From Coraliomargaritaceae bacterium (GTDB lineage Bacteria; Verrucomicrobiota; Verrucomicrobiia; Opitutales; Coraliomargaritaceae), in assembly GCA_965660465.1 (NCBI GenBank), contig CBFIAI010000003.1, positions 72,771 through 136,770 of the forward strand: a stretch of DNA of 64,000 nt, in the 5' to 3' direction. The translations under genes were made by a program, and so were the position numbers. Below the pieces are notes generated by a model. That model was not told where the DNA came from. It did no database searches and saw only the letters and a list, made by a program, of their open reading frames with translations. Each line of letters starts with the position of its first letter. Position 1 is the first letter of the stretch. Positions 7,917-18,095 of the stretch are shown here, in pieces.

Positions 7917-10619
7917 TTATTCAGCAGCGCCGTCTGTAATCGAACGGTTTGCAGTACCGGATGGAGTCATGATAGTTGGATTCTGGAACAAAGAATTCGA
8001 TGTTACATTCCGATAATCCTGACGAGAAGGAGAACCACCCGGGCTGACAAGATTTGCCGTAACAAATATCAAGAGATTACGTTTTTGGCGAGACTCGCCC
8101 TCGGAGCGGAAAAGCTTTCCGAGCATCGGAACATCGCCCAATACAGGAACCTTATCATTAATGTACTTCACCTCATCACGGGTCAAACCACCCAACACTA
8201 CAGTAGCGCCATCAAATATCGTTACCTCGGTAGAGACTTGGCGGGTAGAGAAGATCGGCTGATAGAATCCAGCAGGAACCGTAACAGTCGTATCTCCGGC
8301 GATGGCAACACTGGGGCCACCATATTCAACGAAGCCTTCAAACTCGGTTACCTTAGGTTCAAGAATCAAGCTGATGGTGTCGTCGTTTTCTACATTTGGC
8401 GTTACGGATAATTCAACACCAACATTACGAGTAACAAAATCCTCGGGTGTGCCTGCGGTAATTGAAATTGCCGAAGAGCCGCCTCCGGTAAGGCCCCCGC
8501 CGGAGCTTTGAGATACTGTTGATTCAATATCTCCGTAACTCTCGGGATAACGCAATTCTTGTCCTACGACAATTTCTGCCCGTTTGCCGGAAAGAACGGT
8601 CACCTTGGGAGCACTCATCAAATCACTTCCCGTTTTACGACTAATCGCTTCAATCGCAAAATCCAGACTGTAACTGTTACTATTCAAGCCAAATGTTCTT
8701 GCAAATGTGCTAACCGCACCCACACCAAGATCTAACATATCCGGTGGCTGAGGAGGATTTACTGGGATTCTTTTATCCAATCCATCCGTTGCTGGAATGG
8801 TCTCGTTGCCATCAGTATCGACCGTAGCTTCTGTGGCCGCACTTGTAATTATGATGTTTGATAAATCACTATCCACGGAAAAAGCATCTTCTAGAGAACG
8901 AGGAGAGAATTGCGCAACTGATTGCCCGTTTTTAGCTAGGTTCCAGTCAAAACCAAATTCTTCCAAGTCATTCTGAGCGACTTCGAGGAACTTCGCCTCA
9001 ATCTCAACTTGCTTCACCTCGTTGTAATTACGCAAGATCGTACGCATACGCTCAAGGTTGCGACGAGACTGGGTAACAATGATTTGTTCACCGTCGAAGG
9101 CCAAGCTTGCGCCGGGTACTTCGAAGTTAACACCTGCGCGCTGGAAGAATGCTTTCAATGCTTCCGACTTTTCATCGCTAGAGCTGGAACCGCCACCGGA
9201 AGCTACGGGAGCCGCAAATGGATCGACAGGACCGGAAGAAAGTCCACCTTCGTCGGAAATACCGGTCAGGCGAATAATCGTCGCGCGTGAGATCGGGAAG
9301 AATTCTGTAATGGAAGCAATGCCACCAGGCACGTCGCCACTAGGCGCGACGGTTACGGCATCTTCGCCCACATCGTAAGAGTAGTTAACTTGCTGCGTAA
9401 CGAAACTAAGAATACGATCGAGGCTGAGCTTACGCAACTTAATGTTAACCGATGGATTGCCCTGATCAGCATTTGTCAGCAACACGATATTTACACCCTC
9501 TTTCTGAGCATCATACTCAACTGACAAGTCAGACAAAGTCTCCACCACGCGGGAGAGCGGTACATTTGTAAAGTTAACCGATGGAACGATGATATTATTC
9601 ATCTTTTCTGCAATACGGCCGCTTACGCCACTGACTTGTGCTTCACGTGTAGCAATATCAAAGACTTTTGGACGCTCCCACTGCTGATCTACCTCAGTCA
9701 GCATCTGCTCACGTGTTTTATAGAGATTCTGGTTGTGAATCTTGCCGAGTCTTTCAGCAATACGGGTAGAAAACAGTTTAGCTTCTGCATTGTTTGCATC
9801 ACGCGCTTCAATTTCCTTAAAGGTTGCGGCCGCACCGTCATAGTCACCGTTGAGGAACTGGGCACGACCCTTTGTCAGCAGATCGCGAACAATCTCATTA
9901 CTGGCAACATATTCCGGGCTAACTGAATTGATATCAACCGCATAAGGATCGCGGATTGCCTGATCGAGCTTGTCGCCGAGAGATCCCGCCTTAGATGCTT
10001 TGCCTCCGGCTGCAACGTAATCTGCTAGACGTTTTTCAGCCTGCTTGTACTCACCTGCGTCAGCGAGTGTCTCGGCTTCCGTGTAAAGAACATCTGCTTT
10101 CGCGGCCTGTAGATCTGCAATCGTTTCTGCAGTGGCTGTGTTCAAATCGAGGCTTGCTGCTGCATTGTTCAACAAAGATGTCGCGTCAGCATAGGCTCCC
10201 AGATCAGCCAGTTTTTCAGCTTCATCCATAGCGGATTTGGCGGCTGCCACCTTCTCTTCTTGAGCAGTAGCTGCTGCTTCAAGAGCAGGGCTGTTGGCCT
10301 CTTCAGCCACCACTGTAGTCTTGACTACAGACGAGCTGCTTCCACCACTCTGACGCTCAATCTCTGAGTTGATTGATGCGTTGAGGAGCTGTACGTTTTC
10401 GTCGTTAGGTGCGATCTTGATCAGTTCTTCAGCCTTTTCTTTGGCTGTTACCCAATCACCTGCGTCGCGTGCTCGCAGAGTCTCAGCCATAAGGCTAATT
10501 TTAGTGGAAGAATCCTGCGCACTGCCGGATAAGGGAGCCAAGAAGGCAACCAGCATCGCAGACGCTGCTACGCAAGATGCAAAGCGGCGGGCGGGGTTAA
10601 TATTGGATTTCGTGGTCAT
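7917..10619 (-). CDS. secretin (PilQ/GspD family) with long N-terminal Ala/Glu-rich TPR-like region
   Basis: 900 aa with a signal peptide (AMLVAFLAPLSGSAQD). The C-terminal secretin signature is VPVLGDVPMLGKLFRSEGESRQKRNLLIFVTANLV, and secretin N-domains lie upstream of it. Confidence 0.9.
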   Translation of the reverse strand: MTTKSNINPARRFASCVAASAMLVAFLAPLSGSAQDSSTKISLMAETLRARDAGDWVTAKEKAEELIKIAPNDENVQLLNASINSEIERQSGGSSSSVVKTTVVAEEANSPALEAAATAQEEKVAAAKSAMDEAEKLADLGAYADATSLLNNAAASLDLNTATAETIADLQAAKADVLYTEAETLADAGEYKQAEKRLADYVAAGGKASKAGSLGDKLDQAIRDPYAVDINSVSPEYVASNEIVRDLLTKGRAQFLNGDYDGAAATFKEIEARDANNAEAKLFSTRIAERLGKIHNQNLYKTREQMLTEVDQQWERPKVFDIATREAQVSGVSGRIAEKMNNIIVPSVNFTNVPLSRVVETLSDLSVEYDAQKEGVNIVLLTNADQGNPSVNIKLRKLSLDRILSFVTQQVNYSYDVGEDAVTVAPSGDVPGGIASITEFFPISRATIIRLTGISDEGGLSSGPVDPFAAPVASGGGSSSSDEKSEALKAFFQRAGVNFEVPGASLAFDGEQIIVTQSRRNLERMRTILRNYNEVKQVEIEAKFLEVAQNDLEEFGFDWNLAKNGQSVAQFSPRSLEDAFSVDSDLSNIIITSAATEATVDTDGNETIPATDGLDKRIPVNPPQPPDMLDLGVGAVSTFARTFGLNSNSYSLDFAIEAISRKTGSDLMSAPKVTVLSGKRAEIVVGQELRYPESYGDIESTVSQSSGGGLTGGGSSAISITAGTPEDFVTRNVGVELSVTPNVENDDTISLILEPKVTEFEGFVEYGGPSVAIAGDTTVTVPAGFYQPIFSTRQVSTEVTIFDGATVVLGGLTRDEVKYINDKVPVLGDVPMLGKLFRSEGESRQKRNLLIFVTANLVSPGGSPSRQDYRNVTSNSLFQNPTIMTPSGTANRSITDGAAE

Positions 10620-10679
10620 GTTAGTAGGAGCAGTCTGGTTTTAGTTAAATATTTTCGTTATCTGTAACTATTGTTTTTA

Positions 10680-11567
10680 TTAAAAGAATGAGTCGAATGA
10701 AACATTGTCAGAGTTTGTGTCGATATTTTCTTCACTGGCAGGATCTTCTGTCACTTCATCGGCGGTGATTTCCTCAACCGATAGTACACGAGTTATCGGG
10801 TCATTGAAGTCATCCCCCAGTTTGGTAACTGTGACAGTTTTTCCATCCAAATCAATCTCATCGAGGCTGTACTCGCCATTCTCCGTGCTGAAAGCAGCAC
10901 CCACCTCAGTGAGTTCTATGTTGAGTGAGGCATCATCACGCGATCCGATCGTCGCGGCAAAGCCTTTGTTGAACTGTTGCTCGATATCATTCAGCTCAAC
11001 CTGCTCTCCTGTGCGAAGATCTGTAATTATTGTGTAAGCTACTTTGTAAGAGGCGCCGCCTTCTTCGAAACGTTCCACCCGGAAATCCTCTACCTTGAAC
11101 TCAGAATCTGCATACTCATTACCCGAGCGGGCGCGTACACTCTGTTGCTTCTCATAATCATACATGAGAATGAGAATTTTAGTTGGGTCTGCCGGATCTT
11201 CGGCAATGAAGCCCTCCATCTGAATACGATACAATGGACGCTCGATGCCGACTAAGTACGGGTCTCCAAAAGTATGTGCAAAGACATTAATATTTGGACC
11301 GACTTGGGTAAAGTTACCGTTCTTATCGATGAATATCTCGAAGGGAGTAAATACATCATAGATGAAGCCACTGGGCTGAGCAACCGGCTCGGCCCAGGTA
11401 ACCTCCGGAAATTCGTTATTCGGTACGGGTACCGGCTCATAAGCCCGGTCTCCCGTACTAGTGGACGGGTTTGACGCAGAAGACTGGCTGGTGAAATACA
11501 CCGCCGAGCCTCCAGCCAGTGCGAGCACGGCTAAAGCAAGAAGGATCTTGTCGTAAAACTGGTTCAT
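10680..11567 (-). CDS. membrane-anchored periplasmic protein, PilP-position component (Amuc_1099-position)
   Basis: The ATG at 11567 is 11 nt after the upstream stop. N-terminal anchor MNQFYDKILLALAVLALAGGSAVYF, then a beta-rich acidic domain. Role is assigned from position between the PilO-like gene and the secretin gene only. Confidence 0.5.
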   Translation of the reverse strand: MNQFYDKILLALAVLALAGGSAVYFTSQSSASNPSTSTGDRAYEPVPVPNNEFPEVTWAEPVAQPSGFIYDVFTPFEIFIDKNGNFTQVGPNINVFAHTFGDPYLVGIERPLYRIQMEGFIAEDPADPTKILILMYDYEKQQSVRARSGNEYADSEFKVEDFRVERFEEGGASYKVAYTIITDLRTGEQVELNDIEQQFNKGFAATIGSRDDASLNIELTEVGAAFSTENGEYSLDEIDLDGKTVTVTKLGDDFNDPITRVLSVEEITADEVTEDPASEENIDTNSDNVSFDSFF

Positions 11568-11577
11568 GTGTGCAAAA

Positions 11578-12564
11578 TTAAGATTCTTGCCCGGATACGG
11601 ATTCTGTCTCGTCGCCACTGACAAGAACTTGGAAATATTCCATAACAATCGTAAAACGCGAGGTGTTCCCGGAAATTACCGGCTTAGCTAATTCTTCAGC
11701 GGCTGCTTGACGGTCTTCAACTGATGATTCTTGGCTTCCGAAAACTCCAAAGATGTCTTCCAGACCACCGGATTCACGTGGCGCAACGGTTGTTTCTTCC
11801 CCAGAAGGACGCTTGACGTCTACACTGCGAACAACGATGGGATACTCAAACTGATTGAGCTCACTTAAGAAACTCCGCAAGGAAGCCGTATCGCCAGTAA
11901 AAGCTACTTTGAAGGCCAAAGTCTCGATAGCACCTTCACGTGCTGCGGTAACAGCCTCGCCGATACTAAAGATTGAACTGTCTGTGTTGGATCCTTCGAG
12001 GTTACTGGGGAAAGCTTCGCGAGATACAGATTCAATGGAATCGGGAGTCGCGGCAAAAAGTTTGCCCAAGATATGTTCCAGTACCTGACGCTGGTTATTT
12101 AAATAGACAATTTCTTCAACCGACTCAGGGACATCCGATTCGTCAAAAAAGACATCAAAACCAAATGCAAAGTCACTGGGCAGATCTACCGGAGATGATT
12201 CACCATCCGCATTGACTAGCTCTTCTGCCTGTCTTTGCGCGTCAGAAATATATTGCTGAATCGAGGCGATTACTCGCACCCCGTCCTCTTCACGAGTGAG
12301 GCGCGAGCCACGACTCAACTCTTTGGACATTCGCTCCAGCTCTGCGGAGAGTTCCGCAATGTTGGCCTCGGATGCGGCAACGTTAGTTTCTGTAAGCGAA
12401 GTCTCGGCACTTAATAGAGTTTTCAGCTCTTGCTGTGACTTACGCAACTGAAGGTTGGCCTTACTGTTCTGCCCGTTCGCCGAAAAGGCTAAAAAAGCAA
12501 GGGCACCGAATGCCACGAGGCATACAGCAAGTAAGGAGACAAAAATTGGATTCTTCTTCAACAT
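11578..12564 (-). CDS. PilO-like / Amuc_1100-family pilus-associated protein
   Basis: N-terminal TM (IFVSLLAVCLVAFGALAFLAF), a coiled coil, and a C-terminal domain with LRSFLSELNQFEYPIVVRSVDVKRP and SRFTIVMEYFQVL. From memory, these resemble the Akkermansia Amuc_1100 layout. Its position after the PilM-PilN gene fits. Confidence 0.6.
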   Translation of the reverse strand: MLKKNPIFVSLLAVCLVAFGALAFLAFSANGQNSKANLQLRKSQQELKTLLSAETSLTETNVAASEANIAELSAELERMSKELSRGSRLTREEDGVRVIASIQQYISDAQRQAEELVNADGESSPVDLPSDFAFGFDVFFDESDVPESVEEIVYLNNQRQVLEHILGKLFAATPDSIESVSREAFPSNLEGSNTDSSIFSIGEAVTAAREGAIETLAFKVAFTGDTASLRSFLSELNQFEYPIVVRSVDVKRPSGEETTVAPRESGGLEDIFGVFGSQESSVEDRQAAAEELAKPVISGNTSRFTIVMEYFQVLVSGDETESVSGQES

Positions 12565-12569
12565 GGGAT

Positions 12570-14231
12570 TTACAGGGGCTTGGCCGGATCCACTACTAGG
12601 TTGATATTAAAAGGTAATACGTTGAGTCCCTCTTTCAGGGTATTCCAACTGATCTTTGGTGGCTTGGCTTCCACAACAAATCGTGAACTCTCTAAGCTGC
12701 TTTGCAGACTCCGAATACGAGTCACTAGTACCTCCTGGTCAACGCGGTCGCCTTGAGCGCTTTCACGCACAAGCATTTGACCGGAAACGCTGAGCTCGTA
12801 ATTGGCTTCTCCTCGAGATGTCGTGGAGCGAGTAACCTTCAAATCATCAATCCAAACGTCCTCGGCTTTGTAGAGCATCTCTTGTAACTCCGCGAAGAAT
12901 TCGATCCAGTTCGACTTGGAGCGAACCAATACCTCAACGCCTGCGATTGCTTCGCCTATTGCGATTGCTTGGTCGTGGTTCTCTTCAATCGCAGCTTGAT
13001 ACTGCACTAGTGGAGTAATCTCCGCTTCAACCTTGGCAACTTGTTCTTTTGTTGCACTGGCATTAGCTGAAAAGAACAAAAATATAGGTAGTGGTGCTAA
13101 TGCCAAACAAGCGGCAGCGGCAATCAGAGATGGCTTCTTCTTGGCAAAGGCCATTTCCTCCTGAATTTGTGCCGGCAGAAGATTCACTCCCGCACCGCTT
13201 GGCACCAAATCGCGAGCGGCTTCACCAATAATTTCGCTCAATTGTAAAGAAGTATCCGGCGTTGCTTCTACGGATGCACCCAGCTCTACTGAAGAAAGAG
13301 GATCAAAGAACTCAACCGGTACTTTTTGAGCAGCTGAAAGGCGATCTGAAAGGCCTTTCAATTGAGCTCCACAACCCGTCAATAGTATACGAGTTGGCGC
13401 TGGAGCCTTTTGCTGTCGACGGTAGTTGACGACCGAACGTGTGATCTCCTGATTCAGTCGACGCGAGAATGCCTCTTCGCTTGTGTTAAGGAGACGAGAA
13501 CCCGAGTCGTCTGCAGAATAATCATTCTCGTTACTAAAGAATTTGTGTTTGATCTCCTCTGCTTGAATGAAGTTCTTACCAAGACTGTCTGCGATATTTT
13601 GTGTCAGCGTGTTTCCGCCAATCTGAATATTGCGGATAAAGAAGCCTCCTTCGTTAATAAAGAGCAAGTTGGTTGAGCGGGCGCCAATGTTGATTACCAA
13701 CGTATCCACTTCGCCACCCTTTTCCGCATACTGTGCTGCATTATAATCAAGCAGTGTGGAGGCGTCGATACGTTCAGCGGTTAATCCAGCGGCGGATACT
13801 GCCTTGCAGAAATCATTAATCAGCACAGACTTTGAAGCTACGAAAAGAACTTCTGTTTCGACGCCATCATCGCTGACTTCCTGATTGTCCCAAACAACCT
13901 CGTGCAACTGGAACGGAATATTCTGTTGTGCCTCAAACGCCACAGTCTGAGCGCGCTTGGCAGGCTCGACGTAGGGAATACGAATCGGGCGTGTCAGCAC
14001 TTGGCTACCCGGAAGAATCAATGTGGCTGCGCCAGATAATTTATTCGCGCGTGACATCTCCTTCAACGCCACTGCAACGGCATCCAGCCAAGCGTCTTCG
14101 TCGGTGTAATCGTAGCGAAGCTTCTCGGTGAAAACCTGCTCTACACGAATGCCGCCGGATGAAGCGGAAAGAACTGCTGCGGTCACGCTACTGGCGCCGC
14201 ATTTAATGACAAGTCGGTTACTTTGACTCAT
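12570..14231 (-). CDS. PilM-PilN fusion protein (actin-like ATPase domain fused to bitopic PilN-like domain)
   Basis: PilM-type motifs: LVINIGARSTNLLFINEGGFFIRNIQIGGNTLT and LLTGCGAQLKGL. These are followed by a PilN-type VNLLPAQIQ motif, a TM segment (LIAAAACLALAPLPIFLFF) and a periplasmic domain. 553 aa. Confidence 0.8.
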   Translation of the reverse strand: MSQSNRLVIKCGASSVTAAVLSASSGGIRVEQVFTEKLRYDYTDEDAWLDAVAVALKEMSRANKLSGAATLILPGSQVLTRPIRIPYVEPAKRAQTVAFEAQQNIPFQLHEVVWDNQEVSDDGVETEVLFVASKSVLINDFCKAVSAAGLTAERIDASTLLDYNAAQYAEKGGEVDTLVINIGARSTNLLFINEGGFFIRNIQIGGNTLTQNIADSLGKNFIQAEEIKHKFFSNENDYSADDSGSRLLNTSEEAFSRRLNQEITRSVVNYRRQQKAPAPTRILLTGCGAQLKGLSDRLSAAQKVPVEFFDPLSSVELGASVEATPDTSLQLSEIIGEAARDLVPSGAGVNLLPAQIQEEMAFAKKKPSLIAAAACLALAPLPIFLFFSANASATKEQVAKVEAEITPLVQYQAAIEENHDQAIAIGEAIAGVEVLVRSKSNWIEFFAELQEMLYKAEDVWIDDLKVTRSTTSRGEANYELSVSGQMLVRESAQGDRVDQEVLVTRIRSLQSSLESSRFVVEAKPPKISWNTLKEGLNVLPFNINLVVDPAKPL

Positions 14232-14270
14232 AAAAACAAAGGGTGGGTTACGGTGCGATGATCTCAGCGA

Positions 14271-14879
14271 TTACTCGGCTGCGGGATCACGGCGAACAAA
14301 AATAGGCATCTTGCGTGCCCGGTTTTGATACTCTTGTGGCGCAAGATACACCGGCATTAGAGCATGTTTTGTCGAATCACTTCCGGCTTCGACTTTAGAT
14401 TTGAAGTTAGAAATACTGGTGGGACCGATGCCGTCGTAGGCTTCATTCTCCGGTGGCAATGCTTCACCATTCACCTCAATTTCAATGTAGTAAAATTTAG
14501 GAAACTTCAGGCTGTCGCGCTCCATTAGTAAACCGGGGAGATAGAAATAAACGTTGTTGGAGTCACTCTTCTCCATGATCAAAATCTCTACCTCTGCAGA
14601 AAAGTAAACAAACTCATCCGAAGACGAACCCTTAGGGTACGCTAAGTAAGGTCGTATTTTGATGTTCTCCAGAAAGTCTTCGTTAATTGCATCGGGTGAA
14701 GAATTTCCTTGGCATGTAATCTGTATCTCAATCTCTACCCAGTCACGAGGAAGAGAATTGAAATTGACACGGTCCAACACTACATCCTGGGCAAATACAC
14801 GCGCAGCCCCGAACAACAGAAAACAAATTAATGAAACGATTGTGCGGTTCAGATTTTGGGAGGAACTAAAGTAAGCCAT
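14271..14879 (-). CDS. secreted hypothetical protein, first gene of the PilMN-secretin operon
   Basis: Signal peptide IVSLICFLLFGAARVFAQD. 202 aa, with a 39-nt gap to the PilM-PilN gene. No recognisable motif. Confidence 0.5.
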   Translation of the reverse strand: MAYFSSSQNLNRTIVSLICFLLFGAARVFAQDVVLDRVNFNSLPRDWVEIEIQITCQGNSSPDAINEDFLENIKIRPYLAYPKGSSSDEFVYFSAEVEILIMEKSDSNNVYFYLPGLLMERDSLKFPKFYYIEIEVNGEALPPENEAYDGIGPTSISNFKSKVEAGSDSTKHALMPVYLAPQEYQNRARKMPIFVRRDPAAE

Positions 14880-15062
14880 TAGACTATTGGGGAAAAGTCG
14901 AAAAAGTAGAATTAACTAAAATAGAAAGCAAGGAACAAAAGAAACATTTTGATGGAAGCAACTCTTTATTGTAATTTAATGCAAAAAATAGTTTTGGGGC
15001 ATATAACTGGTTCGCTCTGTTCGCACTTGCACTCTCAATTACACGGCCTCAAGCATTATTAA

Positions 15063-15578
15063 ATGGCAGACCCTCTTCCTTATAAAATTAGCGCACTGGT
15101 TTTTGTTCGCAACGACTCTGGCAAACACCTTCTGATCGAGCGGAAAAAATCTCCGAATAAAGGATGTTGGTCACCGATTGGCGGCAAACTGGATATGCCG
15201 ACCGGAGAGTCTCCCTACGAGTGTGCTCGCCGGGAAGTCCATGAAGAAATTGGCCTGGAGCTACAGGATCACGACTTACATTGCTTCGGTTACATTGCGG
15301 AAAGAAGTTACGAAGGGACTGGGCACTGGCTTATGTTCCTCTTTGATTGCAAAAAACAGATTGATCAACTCCCGCCCGAAATTGATGAGGGGCGATTCGA
15401 CTTTTTTAGTCGCAAAGACATCGACACGCTTCCCATCCCGGAAACAGATCGCACACTTCTCTGGCCTTACCATGATCGCTATGCCACTAGCTTTATCGGG
15501 CTTCGGGCTGACTGCCAGCCCACCGGGAGCTTGCAAGTGATCGAGGAACTCAAACTACCCAATCCACAGGTGGATTGA
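15063..15578 (+). CDS. NUDIX hydrolase
   Basis: Nudix box GGKLDMPTGESPYECARREVHEEIGLEL. Confidence 0.9.
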   Translation: MADPLPYKISALVFVRNDSGKHLLIERKKSPNKGCWSPIGGKLDMPTGESPYECARREVHEEIGLELQDHDLHCFGYIAERSYEGTGHWLMFLFDCKKQIDQLPPEIDEGRFDFFSRKDIDTLPIPETDRTLLWPYHDRYATSFIGLRADCQPTGSLQVIEELKLPNPQVD

Positions 15579-15869
15579 GATAATCAAAAGCAATGCCTCC
15601 GCTGAAATAAGTCGGGGCCTGAGTAACTCTCTGTAAGCAGCCCATTCACAATATTAGGTCATTTAACTCATTAATGTGTGTTATTTAGCTTAATTTTAAT
15701 TGACCCTCTTAGCCTAATGATTAATTTCTGCTCAATCCTTAGGGTTAAAATGAATTTGCTTTTCAGCTCGACTGAAAATCCGGTGGCGGCCTCCTCTTTC
15801 AGATTGTGAAGTAAACAGGGCTTGGGGGTCGTCGCCAACTCTTTTACCTTGCAATTACAGCTGCAAAAC

Positions 15870-16946
15870 TCAGTCCACACTCCGGCTGAACACTCCGGAC
15901 TGCACCTGCCAGACCGCCCAATCACCTTCGCCCTCCGGGCGGGCCGTCCCACTGGCTATGATTTGCCAATCTTGCGGGCAAGACTTCCAAAAACCAGCCC
16001 GTCGACGAGGATCCAATTCACCCAAAACATCGTCAGCCAATAAAACGGGCGCCTTCCCCAGCATTTCCTGAAAGTACTGCGCCTGAGCTAGGCGCAAGGC
16101 CACGCAAAGCGCTCGCTGCTGTCCGTCAGATCCGTACTCTCGGGCACCGCCTACAGTCAGGCGCAATTCAAAATCATCACGGTGAGGCCCTTGGCGGGTC
16201 GCCCCAAGTATGCCGTCCCGCTCCCGTCCCTCTTCCCAGCGCAAACGAAAGGCGTCCGCATCCGAATCCGTCACATTTGCCTTAAAAAATAGCTCCGGAC
16301 CCTCGTCACCCTCTGCCAACGTCTCATAGATTCTCTGCAGCGTCGGCCCAATCTTCTCAATCGCCGCAGTGCGTCCTTCGCAAATACTTGCAGCCGCTGG
16401 AGCCATCTCTGCCTCAAAAGCGGAAAGTTCTGCGACAGAGCCACCCCGCTTCAGTAAGCGATTTCGCTCGGCCACTCCGCGGTGATATCGGCGCAAGGCA
16501 TCGTAGTAGCTGCGATCCACAGCCGAGAGAGTGATGTCTAAAAACCGGCGGCGCTCCGCGGGCGATCCCCGTAAAATTTGCAAGTCGCCGGAAGAAAGCG
16601 GAACTACCGGGAAACGCCCAATAAAGTCTCCCAGTCGATCGACCACTTCACCATCGATTCGGATCTTTCGGCTCCGGCCACCTCCGACAATCTCCAGTTC
16701 CACTTCGCATTCACGCTCATCCTCGATCAAGTAAACTGCTGTATACTCTGAGCCTCCTTTACGCAAAAGAGCCGAGAGATCCTGCGTGCGAAAAGAGCGT
16801 ACAGCTGTCACCAATCCGAGCGCCTCCAACAGATTCGATTTCCCCTGACCGTTAGATCCAAGAAGAAACACCCGAAGACTGTTCAATGTAAGCTCAGCAA
16901 AACCAACATTGCGGAAATCCTGTAAGCGGATGTTAGAGAAACGCAT
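15870..16946 (-). CDS. recF: DNA replication and repair protein RecF
   Basis: MRFSNIRLQDFRNV start and Walker A GSNGQGKSNLLEAL. An SMC-like signature region lies near SDGQQRALCVALRLAQ. I chose the ATG at 16946; the GTG at 16955 is also possible. Confidence 0.9.
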   Translation of the reverse strand: MRFSNIRLQDFRNVGFAELTLNSLRVFLLGSNGQGKSNLLEALGLVTAVRSFRTQDLSALLRKGGSEYTAVYLIEDERECEVELEIVGGGRSRKIRIDGEVVDRLGDFIGRFPVVPLSSGDLQILRGSPAERRRFLDITLSAVDRSYYDALRRYHRGVAERNRLLKRGGSVAELSAFEAEMAPAAASICEGRTAAIEKIGPTLQRIYETLAEGDEGPELFFKANVTDSDADAFRLRWEEGRERDGILGATRQGPHRDDFELRLTVGGAREYGSDGQQRALCVALRLAQAQYFQEMLGKAPVLLADDVLGELDPRRRAGFWKSCPQDWQIIASGTARPEGEGDWAVWQVQSGVFSRSVD

Positions 16947-16955
16947 GGCGGACAC

Positions 16956-18086
16956 TCATGGATGAATCACCGTGCCGGGACCCGAACGATCCGCTTGAAG
17001 CACCTCATAGGCAGAACGAATTTCTGCCGCCAACTGCAACCAATCAGAGGGCGTCGTCTCGTGCCCCGAACTGACCCGTAAGGCTCGTCTCATTTTATCT
17101 GACTCCACTCCGATTGCCGCAAGCACATGAGAAGGGCCAGTTTTACCCACTGCACAAGCAGCCCCGGTAGAAACCAACAAGCCACACTTTTCCAATGCGC
17201 GAACCCAGCGCTCCGAAGCAAATTCCGGCATCAGCAATAAACTGGTATTCCATAGACGCTCACCCTCCTGGCCAATCACTTGGCAAAAATCCTTTACCGC
17301 TTCCTCAAACCGATCACGCCCCACCGCATCACCTGAGTTGCTTCCCGTGATGGCCTCCAGCGCAGCCAGCATCGCGAGGATGCCCGGCACGTCTTCCGTC
17401 CCGGCTCGACGCCCAGCCTCCTGAGCACCTCCGGCAAACGCATGAAAATGCTCTGCAGATCCTGGAACAAGAAGCAAGCCCACTCCACGAGGTCCGCCAA
17501 ACTTGTGAGCGCATCCCGTGACAAAGTCACAAGCAGAAAACCCTTCCATCGGCAGCTTTCCAATCCATTGAGAGGCATCACAATGAAACGGTACTCCGGC
17601 AGCGTCCGCCTCCGCCGCGATCTCCCTCCAAGGATTCAAAACACCGGTTTCATTATTCGCCGCCATCACGGAGATCGCCCCCAGAGAGTCCCAATCGATG
17701 TGACTCCTTTCAACCGCTCCGTTTGCATCAATAGGCAAGAATTGTGCGCGTCCCCCAAAGTAATGCCGAGCCGCCTCCAGTACGCTGGGATGCTCCGTTG
17801 ACCCCACCCCGACAACACGATCCTTCGGCAGAGTCGCAGCCCAATGAGCAAAGACCGCATTATTCCCCTCAGTTGCGCCCCCGTTAAAGACTACTCGGGA
17901 TGAAAGCACATCAAAAAGCTCAGCCAGCCGCTCACGCGCAGATTCCAAGTGCGCATGCACCCGGGCCGATGCGCGATAAGGGCTGGAAGGATTGAGCCAC
18001 AAATCATCCTGCGCGTTTAGCCAGGCCTCCCTTGCCTCAGGGCAAAGTGGCGTCGTTGCGTTATGGTCAAAATAACCTGTCGCCAT
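16956..18086 (-). CDS. cysteine desulfurase / class V aminotransferase
   Basis: PLP-lysine context CAHKFGGPRGVGLL and NNETGV. 376 aa. Confidence 0.85.
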   Translation of the reverse strand: MATGYFDHNATTPLCPEAREAWLNAQDDLWLNPSSPYRASARVHAHLESARERLAELFDVLSSRVVFNGGATEGNNAVFAHWAATLPKDRVVGVGSTEHPSVLEAARHYFGGRAQFLPIDANGAVERSHIDWDSLGAISVMAANNETGVLNPWREIAAEADAAGVPFHCDASQWIGKLPMEGFSACDFVTGCAHKFGGPRGVGLLLVPGSAEHFHAFAGGAQEAGRRAGTEDVPGILAMLAALEAITGSNSGDAVGRDRFEEAVKDFCQVIGQEGERLWNTSLLLMPEFASERWVRALEKCGLLVSTGAACAVGKTGPSHVLAAIGVESDKMRRALRVSSGHETTPSDWLQLAAEIRSAYEVLQADRSGPGTVIHP

Positions 18087-18095
18087 AACCCCAGA

